In this document: positions 1 through 15,140 of the stretch, piece after piece | How positions within the stretch are numbered: the first letter of the stretch is position 1 | How the letters are laid out: every line of letters begins with the position of its first letter | Source of the DNA: the human T2T-CHM13v2.0 reference genome, Homo sapiens | Strand: one strand, 5' to 3' | Assembly: GCF_009914755.1 (NCBI RefSeq) | Contig: NC_060932.1 | Length of the DNA: 64,000 nt | Notes under the pieces: model-generated | Told to the model about the DNA's origin: nothing | Databases searched by the model: none | The model's input: the letters and a program-made list of their open reading frames with translations, nothing else | Program-made: the position numbers and the translations under genes

Positions 1-904
1 GAAGTGACTGTCCCTTCTTCATTGTGTATTCTTGGCACCTTCGTTGAAGATTAGCTGACCATAAAGTTGTGGATTTGGGGTTCTCTATTCTGTTCCATTT
101 GTCTTTATGTCTGTTTTATGCCAGTAGTATGCCATTTTAATTAGTATAGCTTTGCAGTATATTTTGAAATTTGGTAATGTGATGCTTCTAGCTTTGTTCT
201 TTTTGCTCAAGATTGGTTTAGTGATTCTGGGTCTTTTGTGGTTCCATATGAATTTTAGTATTTTTTCTATTGTTACAAAAATTGTCATTGGAATATTAAT
301 AGATATTGCATTGAATCTGTAGTTTGCTGTGGTTATTTTAATATTAACTCTTCCAGTCAGTGAGCATGGGATATCTTTCCATTTATTTATGTCTTCAATT
401 CCTTTCATCAATGTTTCATAGATTTCCTTGTACAGATACTTATTTTTTGTGGTTAAATTTATTCCTATATTATTTATGTATGTATTTTTGATGTCATTCT
501 AAATGGAATTTTTTTTCTGGATTTCTTTTTCAGATAGCTTGTTGTAGTGTATAGAAATACTAGTGATTTTCATATGTTGATTTTGTATTATGCAACTTTA
601 GTGAATTCATTAGTTCTAACAGTTTTTTGGTTGACTCTTTAGGGTTTTCTATATAAAAGACCATGTCATCTGCAAACAAGGACAGTTTTACTTCTTCCTT
701 TCCAATTTGGATGTCTTTTATTTCTTTTTCTTGCCTAACTGCTCTGGTTAGAACTTCTAGTACTATATTGAGTAGAAGTGGTAGGAGTGGACATCCTTGT
801 CTTATTCCTGATCTTAGAGGAAAAGCTTTCAGTTTTTCATTGTTCAGTATGAAGTTAGCTGTGGGCGTGTGATGTACAGCCTTTATTGTTCTGAGGTTCA
901 TTAT

Positions 905-1215
905 TTCTTTCTTTCTTTTTCTTTGTTTTTGAGATAGAGTCTCGCTCTGTCACCCAGGCTGCAGTGCAGTGGCACGATCTCGGCTTACTGCAACCTCTTT
1001 CTCACAGGTTCAAGTGATTCTCCTGCCTCAGCCTCCTGAGTAGCTGGGATTACAGGCATGTGCCACCCTGCCCAGCTAATTTTTATATTTTTAGTAGAGA
1101 GACAGGGTTTTGCCATATTGGCCAGGCTGGTCTTGAACTCCGGACCTCAGGTGATCCACCTGCCTCGGCCTCCCAAAGTGCTGGGATTACAGGCGTGAGC
1201 CACCATGCCTGGCCC
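905..1215 (-). mobile_element. Alu (S-like)
   Basis: Antisense Alu dimer with poly-T tail. Confidence 0.95.
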
Positions 1216-2271
1216 AGTTTGTTCTTTCTATACAAATTTGTTGAGAGTTTTTATCATGAAAGAATGTTGAAATTTGTCAAATGCTTTTCCCTCATTTCTT
1301 AAAATGATCACATGGTTTTTGTTAGTCTATGTTCTTCATTTCTGTTTTTTGTTTGTTAATGTTGTTATTTATTGATTTGAATATGTTAAACCATCCTCGC
1401 ATCCCCAGAATAAATCCCACTTGGTCATTGGGAAATATCCTTTTATGTGCTGCTGAATTCAGTTTGCTAGTATTTTGTTGAAGATTTTTGCATCTGTGTT
1501 CATAAAGGATATTGGCCTGTAATTTTCTTTTCTTGTGGTGTCCTTGTCTGGCTTTGGTTTCAGGGTAATGCTGGCCTTGTAAAATGAGTTTGGAAATATT
1601 CCTTCCTCTTCAAGTGTTGGGAAGAGTTTGAGAAGGATTGCATTAGTTCTTCTTTAAATGTTTGGTAGAATTCATCTGTGACTTTATCAGGTCCTGAGTT
1701 TCTTTAATGGGAGACTTTTTAAAGTTACTAATTCAATCTCCTTACTTATTATTGATCTTTTCAGATTTTTTATTTTGTCTTGATTCAGTCTGGATAGGTT
1801 GTATGTTTCTAGGAATTTATTTTTTTCTAGGTTCAATTTGTTGGTGTATGATTGTTCATAGCAGTCTCTTATAAAACTTTCTATTTCTGTGGTATCAGCT
1901 GTAATGTCTTCTCTTTCATTTCTGATTTTGATTCCTCTTTCTTTTTTTCTTAGTCTACTTAATGGTGTGTTAATTTTATTTATCTTTTCAAAAAACCAAC
2001 TCTTAGTTTTATTGATTCTATTAATACTATTTTTCCAGTATTTCATTCATTTTTGCTCTGAACTTCGCTATTCCCTTTCTTCTACTAACTTTAGGCTCAG
2101 ATTGTTCCTCTTTTTCTAGGTCTTGAGGTGTAACATTAGGTTATTTGAGATTTTTTAAAAAATGTAGGCACTTATTGGTATAGACTTGCTATAAACTTCC
2201 CCCTTAGAATTGCTTTTTCTGTGTTGCATACATTTTGTTATGTTGTGTTTCTATTTTTGTTGTCTCAAGAT

Positions 2272-2501
2272 ATAGTTGTTTCTTGGTACACATTGGGGAT
2301 TGGTTCCAGGACCCCTACATATAGCCCAATCTGCCTATACTCAATTAATTCTGTTGGCCCTGTAGAACCCACATATAGGAAAAGTTGGCCCTCTGTATAT
2401 GTGGGTCATGAATACTGTATTTTCAATCTGTGTTTGGTTGAAAAATATCTGCATATAGATGTACCTGTGCAGTTCAAACCCGTGTTGCTTAAGTGTCAGC
2501 T
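2272..2501 (+). mobile_element. MER8 DNA transposon (TcMar-Tigger family)
   Basis: ggggattggttccaggacccc ... cagttcaaacccgtgttg matches MER8 consensus; TA-flanked. Confidence 0.8.
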
Positions 2502-4384
2502 ATATTTTAAAATATTTCTTTTTATCTGTCATTGACCAAGTGATTGTTTAGGAGCATGTTGTTTAATTTTCATGTATTTGTGACTTTCCTAAATTTCTTC
2601 AGTTATTGATTTTGAGTCCTAATATTGTAGTTGGAAAACATACTTGATGTCAGTCTTTTAAAATTTGTTAAGGCTTGTTTTGCAGTTTAACATATTATTT
2701 GTCCTGGAGAATGTTCTGTGTGCGTTTGAGAAGAATGTGTATTCTGCTTTTGTTGGATGGAATGTGTCTATTAGATCTGTTTTGTTTAAAGTCTAGTTTG
2801 AGCCAAATGTTTTCTTACTGATTTGTTGTCTGGATGACCTATCTGTTGTTGAAAGTGAAGTATTGAAGTTTCCTAGTAGTATTGGGTTGCTATTTAGCTC
2901 TCTCTCCAGATTAATTAATATTCGCTTTATATATTTAGGTGCTCTAAATTGGCTGCATATGTATTTACAGTTGTTATATCCTTGTGATGAATCGACACCT
3001 TTACCATTAATGCACTTTTTCATCTCTGTTTTTATTGTTTTTGATGTTACATCATTTTGTCTGATGTAAGTATTGCTATCCTTGTTCTCTTGGTTTCCAT
3101 TTGCACAGAATACTTACTCATATTTAAAAGAATTACTGATAGATGGGGACTTACTATTGCTATTTTGTTTTTGACCCTTCCTTCTTCCCTTGCTGCATTC
3201 TTTTGTATTTCTTTTTAATTAAAAAAATCAATTATGGATACATAATAGTTGTACATATCACATGGGGTACATGTGATATTTTGAAACAAGCATATAGTGT
3301 GTAATGATCAAATCAGGGTAATTGGGATAGTCATCACCTCAAGGATTTATCATTTCTATGTTAGGAACATTCCAACTCCACTCTTTTAGCTATTTTGAAA
3401 TATACAATAAATTAATCATTTTCTTTGTTTTTTTGTAGTAATATTTTGATTCTCATTTTCCTTTGTGCATATTCTATAGCACATATATTGTGATATCTTT
3501 GCAATTACATAAAATATTTTATAAATTTATAGCAATCTATTTTAAACTGATTACTTCAATCACAAAAACTCTACCCCTTTATATTTCTTCTTCTTCCACT
3601 TTATGTAACTGATGACACAAAATTACCTCTTTTTATATTGCTTATCATTAACACAGATTCATTACTTTTTATGCTATGCTTTTAACATTCTAACAAGATT
3701 TAAAAGTGATTTTCACACTCACATTACAGTACTACAGGATTCTCTGTCTATACACTTACCATTATTATCGAGTTTTATATTTTCATATGGTTTTGTGTTG
3801 CTATTTATTTTCCTTTCTCTTCACCTTTTTTGCTCCTCTGCCACTTTGATTTTGAATATACTAGTCTTTGAGTCCACTGATGCTTTCTTCTGCCTCATCA
3901 TGTTTGTTGTTGAATCCTTTTAGTGAATCTTTCAATTTAGCATTACAGTAGTTTTCAGCTCCAGAATTGCTGTTTGGTTCTTCTTTATAGTTCCTGTCTC
4001 TTTGTTGATATTCTCATTTTGTTCATACATCATTTTCCTGATTTCTTTTAGTTGTCCATCTGCATTCTCTTTTAATTTTTTGAACATCATTATGATGGTA
4101 ATTTTTGAATTCTTTGGTAATTTATATATATCTGTTTCCTTAGGGTCAGTTTCTGGAGATTGAGTTTGTTTCTTTAAATGTGCCATGTTTCTATTTCTTT
4201 GTATTATTTGTCATTTATTATTGGGATTTTGGCATTTGAAGAATTAGCTGCCTTTCTCAGATTTTGCAGCCTTGTTTTGTACAAGGAGGACTTACGCTAC
4301 TCAGCCTGGCTAGAGATTCTGGTAGCCTCTCAAATCTTTTTTGGGGATGTGTCCTCTGTGAGGTTTTTTTGTGCAGTCTCCTAA

Positions 4385-4747
<363 letters not shown>

Positions 4748-4864
4748 TGTTGTCTAGTATTTTAAGTCTTTTTTTTAAAAAAATTCTACAATATAGATAT
4801 GACTATTGAATTATGAAATGTTTGTTTAGGTTTGTGAGGCCATACACCAATTAAATTAATTAAG

Positions 4865-5092
4865 AGGATGGACTGTGAGCCAAACTGCCCAGTTTGAGTA
4901 CTGCCTTTGTCACTTTATAAGCTGTGACTTTAGGCAAGATTCTCAAACTCTTTCTGTACTTGTTTCCTCATCTGTAAAATAATAATAGTACTAATCACAA
5001 ATGACTTTTGTGAAAATCAGAGGGATTCGTATGTGTGGAGCACTGAGAAGTGCTTGTGGCACATGTGAAGTGCTCTGTGAGCTTTAGCTATT
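4865..5092 (+). mobile_element. MIR
   Basis: gctgtgactttaggcaag ... gtttcctcatctgtaaaat core. Confidence 0.8.
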
Positions 5093-6976
5093 TTCCCATG
5101 TGTTGATTGTCTGCTTTCAACCTTATTGAATCTCAGCTTATTTTTCTGATATATCTACTTCAACTGGGTATCTTTTAGAAGTTCCCTTAGCGAAGGTATT
5201 TTGGTAGTAAATTCTGTCAGTTTTTGTCTTTTCCGGATGTTTTTGGCTGACAGCTTTTTTTTTTCCTAAGAACTTTAAATAGACTATATTTTAACATCCT
5301 TTGTTGCAATTTAAACATTGTCTGTTACTCTAATTGATGCTGTAGATGATATCTTTTCCATGTGGCTTTTTCTTCTGTATCTTTAGACTATTTGGTGTAG
5401 ATGTGGACTTAAAAAAACTCCTTTGCCAGTAAATAGACTTCCGGAGTTGATTTACATTTTTCAGTTCTAGCAAATTCTTAGCAATTATTTCTTTATTGCC
5501 TCTGTCTCATTATCTAATTAACTCTTTCATGCATTTCTTGCATGTTAGACTTTTTACTATCTCTGTTTCTTAACCTCTCTTTGGTATTTCCAGTATTCTT
5601 GTGTATTCCATTCTGATTATATTGGATCTACCTTCTATTCACTAAGTCTCTACTAAACTATGCCAAATCTACTTAACCAACTCATTGAATATCTCATTTC
5701 ACTAGTTTTATAGTACATTTAATTCCTGTAGTTCTACTTAGTTCTATTTCGAATCTGCCTGGTTATTTGTGATTGTTTGTTATAGTTTTATTATCTGTTT
5801 TAAAGCTTTTATTTCTTAAAGCATATTCAAACACCTAATTTTTGTGCTGTATCTGATCATTTTAATATGTATGCCCTTGGTGGGTTCTCAGGTTTGTTAT
5901 TTCTGCTGACTCTCGTGATGGCTCATTTCTTAGTGCCCTTGTGATGTTGATTGTAAACTCACCTTCTTTGGAACTTTATATTGGAAATAAATATATTTGA
6001 ATCCTGAATTATAGTGGGTTCCTACCGAGAGTATTTTTCTTTGCCAGATGCTTGGGGGCATGGTCAATCTTTGATGTCTTTAGACTGAAATTTTTGTTGA
6101 TATATATATATTTTTTTGCCACACAAATGTTAGGAACTCTGGTCCCCAAACTCTTATGAGGATGGGTGTGTGGTAAGAATTTCTCCATGGAGACTATTTT
6201 TTTAGTTCCCCATCTATCAGCACCAAGGCAGTATCACCACGGGCCTTCCTTGAGGCAGGTTTTTGTTTTTCTAGTTAACCCATGGGGATACCACCCTTCA
6301 TATGTCTAGGCTTTGTATAGGGCCTTGTATTCACCATTCCATCCAGCTCAGGCCCCAGCTTTTGCCTCCTTTATCTATGGGTCACTGAAAACGCATACTG
6401 CCACCTGCCAAGGATAGGAAGATTTCCACAGGACAAAGGCAACTCCGTAGTTTGGACTCTTTCATACGTTCTTGGTTTTTTTTTGGCCTGTAAGATGTTT
6501 CTTACTTCCCACCAACCCAGCCAAGTGTTTCAAAATACCTTTTAAATATTTTAGGCAGCATTTTAGGTGTACTGTACTGGGAAGTTTCCTCTGGACATTT
6601 GGTCCACTATTTGCAAGAAGTGAACATGTACTTCATTGTTTTTAATAACCGCATGCTGTTCCCTCTTATAAATTTACCAGAAATTTAAAAACAGGTTGTT
6701 TCCAGTCTTATACCATAAAAAAATGTGGCACCAAGCATCCTTGTAAATAGATCTTTGCATACATTTAAAAGTATATGTCAGATAAATGCCAAAAAAGATT
6801 AAAATTTTTTAAAATTAATTTTAGTTTTAATTGGCAAATCATAGTTGTATACATTTATGGGGTACAGCATGATGTTTTATGTAAACAATGTGGAAGTGAT
6901 TAAATCAAGCTAATTAACATATCCAGCACCTTGCTTGCTTGTAATCTTTAGCTTGTTTTCATTAATTTATATTTAA

Positions 6977-7691
<715 letters not shown>

Positions 7692-8392
7692 TCATTCCAA
7701 AAGTGGACTTGATCCCTTTAGAGTGCTGTTCCTATGGCTTGTGGAAAGGGATGGAGACATTTTGTTGCATTTTTCACCCATTTTCACAGTACATATAAAT
7801 CATTCTGTGGGGAAAAAAATTGCAGATGATAGACCACCTGTTCTATGGTAGAAGCCAGAGGGTGCTCAAGGTCTTCACCACCACTGTGCATTCTCTGCCA
7901 GTCATAGAACTTTAGGAGTTAACAGTAGATAGTAAAGAACATCTTGGTCAAGGTCACTTCATCATTGATTTAGTAATTCCATCTGATCATTCCTAACGTC
8001 TTATAGTGTAATGTGATATGTGAAAAATATTACTTTTACTTTCTTATTTGAGGCTAAGTTATACAGTTTCACTTTGTTGTAAACTTCAACTACTTCATCA
8101 AGGAAGGATATAATGAATTCCAAAACCGAGGATTCTAGCTGAGTGGTTTTTATAGTATTAGTTAGATACTGTATAGGTTTGGCAATACATTTTGGAAGAT
8201 TTTATTTAAAATACATTGACATAGGAAATATGTTACCTTCTAACTAATACAGTTGGTTTGAACCAAGATCTTAGTACTTTGGTATTACTGAATTTAAAAA
8301 AATACCTTAAAAGAATTAAGTATTCCACATTCAGTGGTAAAGATATGTCAAATAAGCAAAATATTTTTGACTGTCAGCATTATAAATAAATA

Positions 8393-8902
8393 CAGGTTGA
8401 GCACCCCTAATCTGAAAATCCAAAGTGCTCCAAAACCCAAAACTTTCTGAGCACCAACATGATGCCACAGGTGGAAATTTCCACACCTGCCCTCATGTGA
8501 TGAGATGCAGTCAGAATGCACTGTTTAGTACTTATATGTGAATAAATCTAAGAAAATGATTGCTTACCAGTAGTATATAAATTCAGAGTCAGGAGTGATG
8601 GTGAGCCAAACAACCACAGATTGTCCACATGAGGGGCTGAGAGAGTAACACCTTTGCTTTCTGATGGTTCAGCATACACAGACATTATTTTATGCACAAA
8701 ATTATTTAAAATATTGTATAAAATTACCCTGAGGTTATATGTATGAGGCCTATATGAAACATCAATGACTTTTCTGTTTAGACTTGGGTCCCGTCCCCAA
8801 AATATCTGATTATGTACGTGCAAATATTCCAAAATTGGAAAAAAAATCTGAAATTTGAAACTCTTCTGGTTCTAAGCATTTCTGATAAGGAATATTCAAC
8901 TG
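8393..8902. mobile_element. MER46/Tigger4-type DNA transposon
   Basis: TA-flanked imperfect terminal inverted repeats caggttgagca ... tattcaactg; internal tgctccaaaa and ccacacctg motifs. Confidence 0.75.
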
Positions 8903-9001
8903 TAGTCTGTTTATTGATTTTAAATATGTAGATTTCTTCTATTTAGAAATCATATTTATGAGCACATAGTGGTAATAACCTTATTTTTTTTTTCTTTTTA
9001 G

Positions 9002-9069
9002 CCTATATATGCAAACAGATTTGCAGTACCAACCTATGCAGCCAAGCAACCTCAGCAGTTCCCATCAAG
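9002..9069 (+). CDS. ADAM9: ADAM9 penultimate coding exon (cytoplasmic tail)
   Basis: Poly-T/AG acceptor at 9000-9001; reads PIYANRFAVPTYAAKQPQQFPS+AG; donor GTCAGA at 9070; peptide recognised as the human ADAM9 C-terminal tail. Confidence 0.96.
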
Positions 9070-9269
9070 GTCAGAAGAAAATTTGCTTAGATTTTTTGGC
9101 CAGAATAAAACCTAGGGGTTAATGTCTAATAATTTCCCCTGTATTTTAATGTAATTTAGTGAAAGGTATTTATTGTCAACAGTTTACAAGAATATGATTT
9201 GCAGAAAGGTTTTAAAATAACTTTATATAAATTTTATCATATTGGTACAGGGTCAAAATGAAATATTAA

Positions 9270-9985
9270 ATAAGCTTGAGCAAGACAGATTCTGCTGCCA
9301 CAGCTTTCATGTGCATACGATTTAGAAGCAAGGGCCTTTGAGATAACCAGCAGTAGGAAACCAGATGGGTTGGAACAGCCTTCCCGTCAAAAACAGCTAA
9401 AAAAGCTGGACAATATAAGAAAATATGTGTTTGAAGGCATAGAAGACTAAAGAAGTGAGGAATTGTGGGGGTAAGGTCAGGAGAGGAAGGAAATCTAGAA
9501 ATGATCCCAGCTTTGGGGGCCACTTTTCCTTCCTAGATGAGTTTACCTGTTCTGACAACAGAGAGGCTAGGAAGCTGAGGAGAGCTTTCTACAAACTCAC
9601 AGGGCAGAGGGGACAAAATTTAGAATCCTGCCAAAGAGGAGGCACCCTGGCAAACATCTCAGGGTCTGTGCTGGGACCCAGAAGTAAGAGTGAACTAGAC
9701 CTTCAACTGATTTCTACAATTTCTTATGTTTTGCTCATGATCAAAAAAAGCCAAGTGTAAAAGAAAAGAAAATATGACTAAAACCAAGAAACAATAGACC
9801 ATAGAAACAGACTGAGATGGTATCCAGTTAATAGACATGGACTTTAAAATAACTATGATGTCATGGAATTAAAAGTCAAGATTGAGAATTTCAGCACAGA
9901 ACTAAAAACTAAAAGAATCAATGCAAATTCTAGAACTGAAAAACACAGGAACTGAAGTGACTCAATGGATGGGCTTAAAATCATC
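9270..9985 (+). mobile_element. Ancient L1 5'/ORF1-region fragment
   Basis: A-rich strand with gagaatttcagcacagaact and aattctagaactgaaaaa ORF1-like motifs. Confidence 0.55.
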
Positions 9986-10745
9986 AGGAAGGAAGATAAT
10001 TTATTACTTCATTTTGTATCACATAAAATGCAAATGCATGTGACCCTCCCATCCCCTAGAAGTCTTTCAAATTACAATTGCGTTGCAACTCTGAGGACTA
10101 TCTTCATATGTAATCTTTATTATACAGTAAGAATACATTGAAATCCGACTGAGGATCAGGGAAAGAGTATATAAATTGTGAGGGAAACATTCACCAGGTA
10201 GTGTTCTAGTGTTACTGGAGTAGAGGTGTACTAGAATTGGATGATGAGGTTAGGAGCGGGTGTCCACAGGTGGAAGTATGAGGTTTGAGATGGACAGGTA
10301 TAGAAGTCATAACACTTTTAATTCTCAGAGTGAATCTCATGTTGAGGGAGCTATAAACAGCTAGGTTTACACCAGCAGTAATTTGCTGCCCTCAAATTCT
10401 AACAGCACAGGCAAGTGCTTGATCACTTAGTGTACTCACTTGTCTTTTACAGTTTATCTTTACCATTTCATGTGCTTTTTTTTTTTTTGAAAAAACATGT
10501 AAACTAGAACCTTCATACAACATTGTTGATTATGGAGTAATATTATTTAAAGTAGTTATTCCATTTTAGACTCTAATTGGAGCCTTTTAGCCATTGAATA
10601 TCACCCTAATACTGATCTCAGAATGTACAGTACCCTTTCCTGTTGTCAGAGATGTTGAGGATGGTGTTATGTTGAGCTTGTAATGAATATGGCATTATTT
10701 CACCCAGTCTAAACACTCTATTAACTATCTCTTTTCCCCTCGCAG

Positions 10746-10839
10746 GCCACCTCCACCACAACCGAAAGTATCATCTCAGGGAAACTTAATTCCTGCCCGT
10801 CCTGCTCCTGCACCTCCTTTATATAGTTCCCTCACTTGA
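10746..10839 (+). CDS. ADAM9: ADAM9 last coding exon, proline-rich SH3-ligand tail
   Basis: Acceptor cttttcccctcgcag; phase matches the previous exon; (R)PPPPQPKVSSQGNLIPARPAPAPPLYSSLT, TGA at 10837-10839. Confidence 0.97.
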
Positions 10840-11618
10840 TTTTTTTAACCTTCTTTTTGCAAATGTCTTCAGGGAACTGAGCTAATACTTTTTTTTTTTC
10901 TTGATGTTTTCTTGAAAAGCCTTTCTGTTGCAACTATGAATGAAAACAAAACACCACAAAACAGACTTCACTAACACAGAAAAACAGAAACTGAGTGTGA
11001 GAGTTGTGAAATACAAGGAAATGCAGTAAAGCCAGGGAATTTACAATAACATTTCCGTTTCCATCATTGAATAAGTCTTATTCAGTCATCGGTGAGGTTA
11101 ATGCACTAATCATGGATTTTTTGAACATGTTATTGCAGTGATTCTCAAATTAACTGTATTGGTGTAAGATTTTTGTCATTAAGTGTTTAAGTGTTATTCT
11201 GAATTTTCTACCTTAGTTATCATTAATGTAGTTCCTCATTGAACATGTGATAATCTAATACCTGTGAAAACTGACTAATCAGCTGCCAATAATATCTAAT
11301 ATTTTTCATCATGCACGAATTAATAATCATCATACTCTAGAATCTTGTCTGTCACTCACTACATGAATAAGCAAATATTGTCTTCAAAAGAATGCACAAG
11401 AACCACAATTAAGATGTCATATTATTTTGAAAGTACAAAATATACTAAAAGAGTGTGTGTGTATTCACGCAGTTACTCGCTTCCATTTTTATGACCTTTC
11501 AACTATAGGTAATAACTCTTAGAGAAATTAATTTAATATTAGAATTTCTATTATGAATCATGTGAAAGCATGACATTCGTTCACAATAGCACTATTTTAA
11601 ATAAATTATAAGCTTTAA

Positions 11619-11625
11619 GGTACGA
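11619..11625 (+). promoter_or_regulatory. miR-126-3p 7mer-A1 seed site
   Basis: GGTACGA is complementary to the miR-126-3p seed; ADAM9 is a known miR-126 target. Confidence 0.75.
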
Positions 11626-11736
11626 AGTATTTAATAGATCTAATCAAATATGTTGATTCATGGCTATAATAAAGCAGGAGCAATTATAAAATCTTCAATC
11701 AATTGAACTTTTACAAAACCACTTGAGAATTTCATG

Positions 11737-11745
11737 AGCACTTTA
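11737..11745 (+). promoter_or_regulatory. miR-17/20/93/106 8mer site overlapping a miR-302/372-type site
   Basis: AGCACTTTA contains GCACTTTA and AGCACTT. Confidence 0.55.
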
Positions 11746-12115
11746 AAATCTGAACTTTCAAAGCTTGCTATTAAATCATTTAGAATGTTTACATTTACTA
11801 AGGTGTGCTGGGTCATGTAAAATATTAGACACTAATATTTTCATAGAAATTAGGCTGGAGAAAGAAGGAAGAAATGGTTTTCTTAAATACCTACAAAAAA
11901 GTTACTGTGGTATCTATGAGTTATCATCTTAGCTGTGTTAAAAATGAATTTTTACTATGGCAGATATGGTATGGATCGTAAAATTTTAAGCACTAAAAAT
12001 TTTTTCATAACCTTTCATAATAAAGTTTAATAATAGGTTTATTAACTGAATTTCATTAGTTTTTTAAAAGTGTTTTTGGTTTGTGTATATATACATATAC
12101 AAATACAACATTTAC

Positions 12116-12125
12116 AATAAATAAA
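12116..12125 (+). terminator. Likely major ADAM9 polyadenylation signal (overlapping AATAAATAAA)
   Basis: Two overlapping AATAAA hexamers, upstream TGTA and downstream U/GU-rich ttttgtgtct. Confidence 0.65.
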
Positions 12126-13228
12126 ATACTTGAAATTCTCTTTTGTGTCTCCTAGTAGCTTCCTACTCAACTATTTATAATCTCATTAATTAAAAAGTTA
12201 TAATTTTAGATAAAAATTCTAGTCAAATTTTTACAGATATTATCTCACTAATTTTCAGACTTTTGCCAAAGTGTGCACAATGGCTTTTTGTTAATAAAGA
12301 ACAGATTAGTTTTGAAGAAGGCAAAAATTTCAGTTTTCTGAAGACAGCATGTTATTTTAACAATCAAGTATACATATTAAAAATTGTGAGCAATCTCAAA
12401 TGAAGGTCCATCGTTTCATTTTAAATCTCTAAATGAATTCATATAAGACTCAAACGTTTGTGCTGTTCACTCATGTAGCCTCAGTTTTTGCAATTGTGAT
12501 GCATATCACTGAAATTTTACAGTTGGTAATGTATTAACTATGTAACTTAACACTTGGAATTAAATAGTTCTTTGGATATTTGACTAAGTTTTTAAAAAGA
12601 CTATTGGATCTGAACTTCTTTTATATATTTTTTAATATGCTTTATGTTTTTTACTTACTTGGTCATGGATGCCACTTCAAAATTTGAAAATATTAAAGGA
12701 CATCCTTTCTTTCTTCAAAAAGAATAAATAAGGGTAAATTATATGCAAGTTTGACATCTCTGTTTGACTCTGTATGTCAAACTGACCTTGTTCAGAGTAT
12801 TGCATTCTCGCTTTCTCCTGTGTCTGTAACCATAGAGTTAAGCACAATTTGGGTTTTCTAAACTCAAATCAGATTTTATTAAATTTCATAAATGTTTACT
12901 AAAACCTACCATTTTTCAGGCACTGTATTAGGTACTGTGATATCTAAGTTCTGGATAGGATATGTTTCCCGACTTTTAGAAGTGCATCCTCTGTTATGAA
13001 GAGAGCCATACACACAAGAATAATACAAAATCAACCCTATTAAAGATACAAACCAGAAAGGTTGAGGAGTAAGAAAGAACAAAATAATACAAGAGCCAGA
13101 AATTCATTCAGAATACTTACCACTAATTGATGAGTTGAAGCATTTACTGTAATTGCTCTTCTGTTTGTTACAAAGCAAGGTGAAACTAGCTGTGGCTCAG
13201 CAGCTGCCTAAAAGCAGTGTTAGCTTAG

Positions 13229-13589
<361 letters not shown>

Positions 13590-14394
13590 TGTTGCCTTGT
13601 TTTTGTTCATGCTATTAATTTCAGGTGTAGATTGCCCTGTTGAAATTGCGTGCATCCATAAAAATCACATCTTCACTTTAAATGTCTTAGTTCCCCAAGT
13701 GAGATTTTTCTCTGTTCCCATGAGGCCTTTTAGTTTATGTGTTGGCCTATTATGTAGTATGAGAAATTAATCCATTCTTTGGGATTTGAAAAGAATGAAA
13801 AGCTAATGCATACAGATGGAGACCAGGTGTGAGGCTGGGAAGGAGGAGGCATTGCAGTTCCAGGGAGTAAAGCAGTGTTTAGGAAAAACCCAAAGTCAGA
13901 GCTGCTAAAACACGGGATAGGAGAAATTAAGTGGCAGGTTCCGGTCTGAGTTCAGAAAAATTACTATGCTGAGGCTAGAATTTTCTACTGGAATGTAATT
14001 ACTGTAATTGTGGGCAAGAATCTCTAAATCTTTCACTACATGAAATAAGTATTTATTGCACTGAGAAGTTTCTGAACAATAGAATGACATCACATGAGTT
14101 TTAGCCAATGGCCTGCGGAGAACCAGATTGGAGGAAAAAGCCTGGTTGTGAAGTCCATTTGGGCAGCGTCAGTGGGGAAAAAAATGCAGCTGGCGCTCTT
14201 CAAAAATATGAAGAGCTGGCATTTCATATTGAAAAGCGGCTCACTTTTCCCTTCTTTGGAATGTTCACACATCTGGCTAAATAGTTTTGAAAAAATATTA
14301 GAAACAGGTTTGGCAAATATGAATATATATTTAGGTGTGTATATAGATTTTAATTCAGAAAGTATTACACATTCGCTTTTGAAAGGACCTAGGA

Positions 14395-14527
14395 AGCCCC
14401 GAACGGTGGCAGATGCCTGTAATCCCAGCTACTCAGGAAGTTGAGGAGGGAGGATCACTTGAACCCAGGAGTTCGAGACCAGCCTGGGCAGAATAGTGAG
14501 CACCCCCGTCCCAAAAAGAAAAAAAAG
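14395..14527 (+). mobile_element. Alu left monomer (FLAM-like)
   Basis: Single arm followed by an A tail. Confidence 0.8.
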
Positions 14528-14589
14528 CAACTGGGAAGTGTCTGGTGCAGGAGAGCACACGCTGACTGTGAATAAGTGTGTCAGTTCTT

Positions 14590-15140
14590 AAGGTCCAGCA
14601 ACACAAAGCGAAAAGTTAGTGGAGGACTACGAGCGCGATCTCGACAGAGGGCGCTGGGTGGTCAGTGGCTCCAGCAACCACGCGGCTGGGGTGCGCCGGG
14701 AAGGGAGCTGGATGTTTTAGCCTCGGGGCGCACGCTGCGGGCCCTTCGTGTTCCGGACGCTAAACACCGAGAGCACCCCGTCTCCGGGGCCTCCGGAGAA
14801 CGCTGTCCCATGAACGTGCGGGGAGCGGCCCCCGGCGTCCGCGCGTCCCCGCGTCCCTGGCAATTCCCGACTTCCCAACGGCTTCCCGCTGGCAGCCCCG
14901 AAGCCGCACCATGTTCCGCCTCTGGTTGCTGCTGGCCGGGCTCTGCGGCCTCCTGGCGTCAAGACCCGGTGAGCCAGCCCAGACCCTGACACTAGTCCGG
15001 GCGCTCGTCACACTGCGGCCCGACTCCCTGCAAAGCCCGGGGCCCTCCCTGTCTGGGTCCCTTTGGTCCTGTCACCCTGGCAACGGGGCCTTTTCCAGGG
15101 GATTAGGCGCCCCGTCCGGATGGAGAAGCGACTCAGGGCC
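14590..15140. promoter_or_regulatory. CpG-island promoter of ADAM32
   Basis: Only strongly CpG-rich non-repeat stretch in the window; spans the first coding exon. Confidence 0.88.
14911..14968 (+). CDS. ADAM32: ADAM32 exon 1 coding part (signal peptide)
   Basis: Kozak gcaccATG; MFRLWLLLAGLCGLLASRP+G; donor GTGAGC at 14969. Confidence 0.95.

Larger units (their letters stand above)
10840..12320 (+). other. ADAM9: ADAM9 3'UTR (end approximate)
   Basis: AT-rich sequence with no recognisable repeats after the stop; AATAAA at 11600, 11668, 12019, 12116/12120, 12293. Confidence 0.8.

Noticed and set aside
14620-14640. GGACTAC as a ZNF143/THAP11-type promoter motif
   Set aside because: The ACTACA..TCCCA remainder is absent
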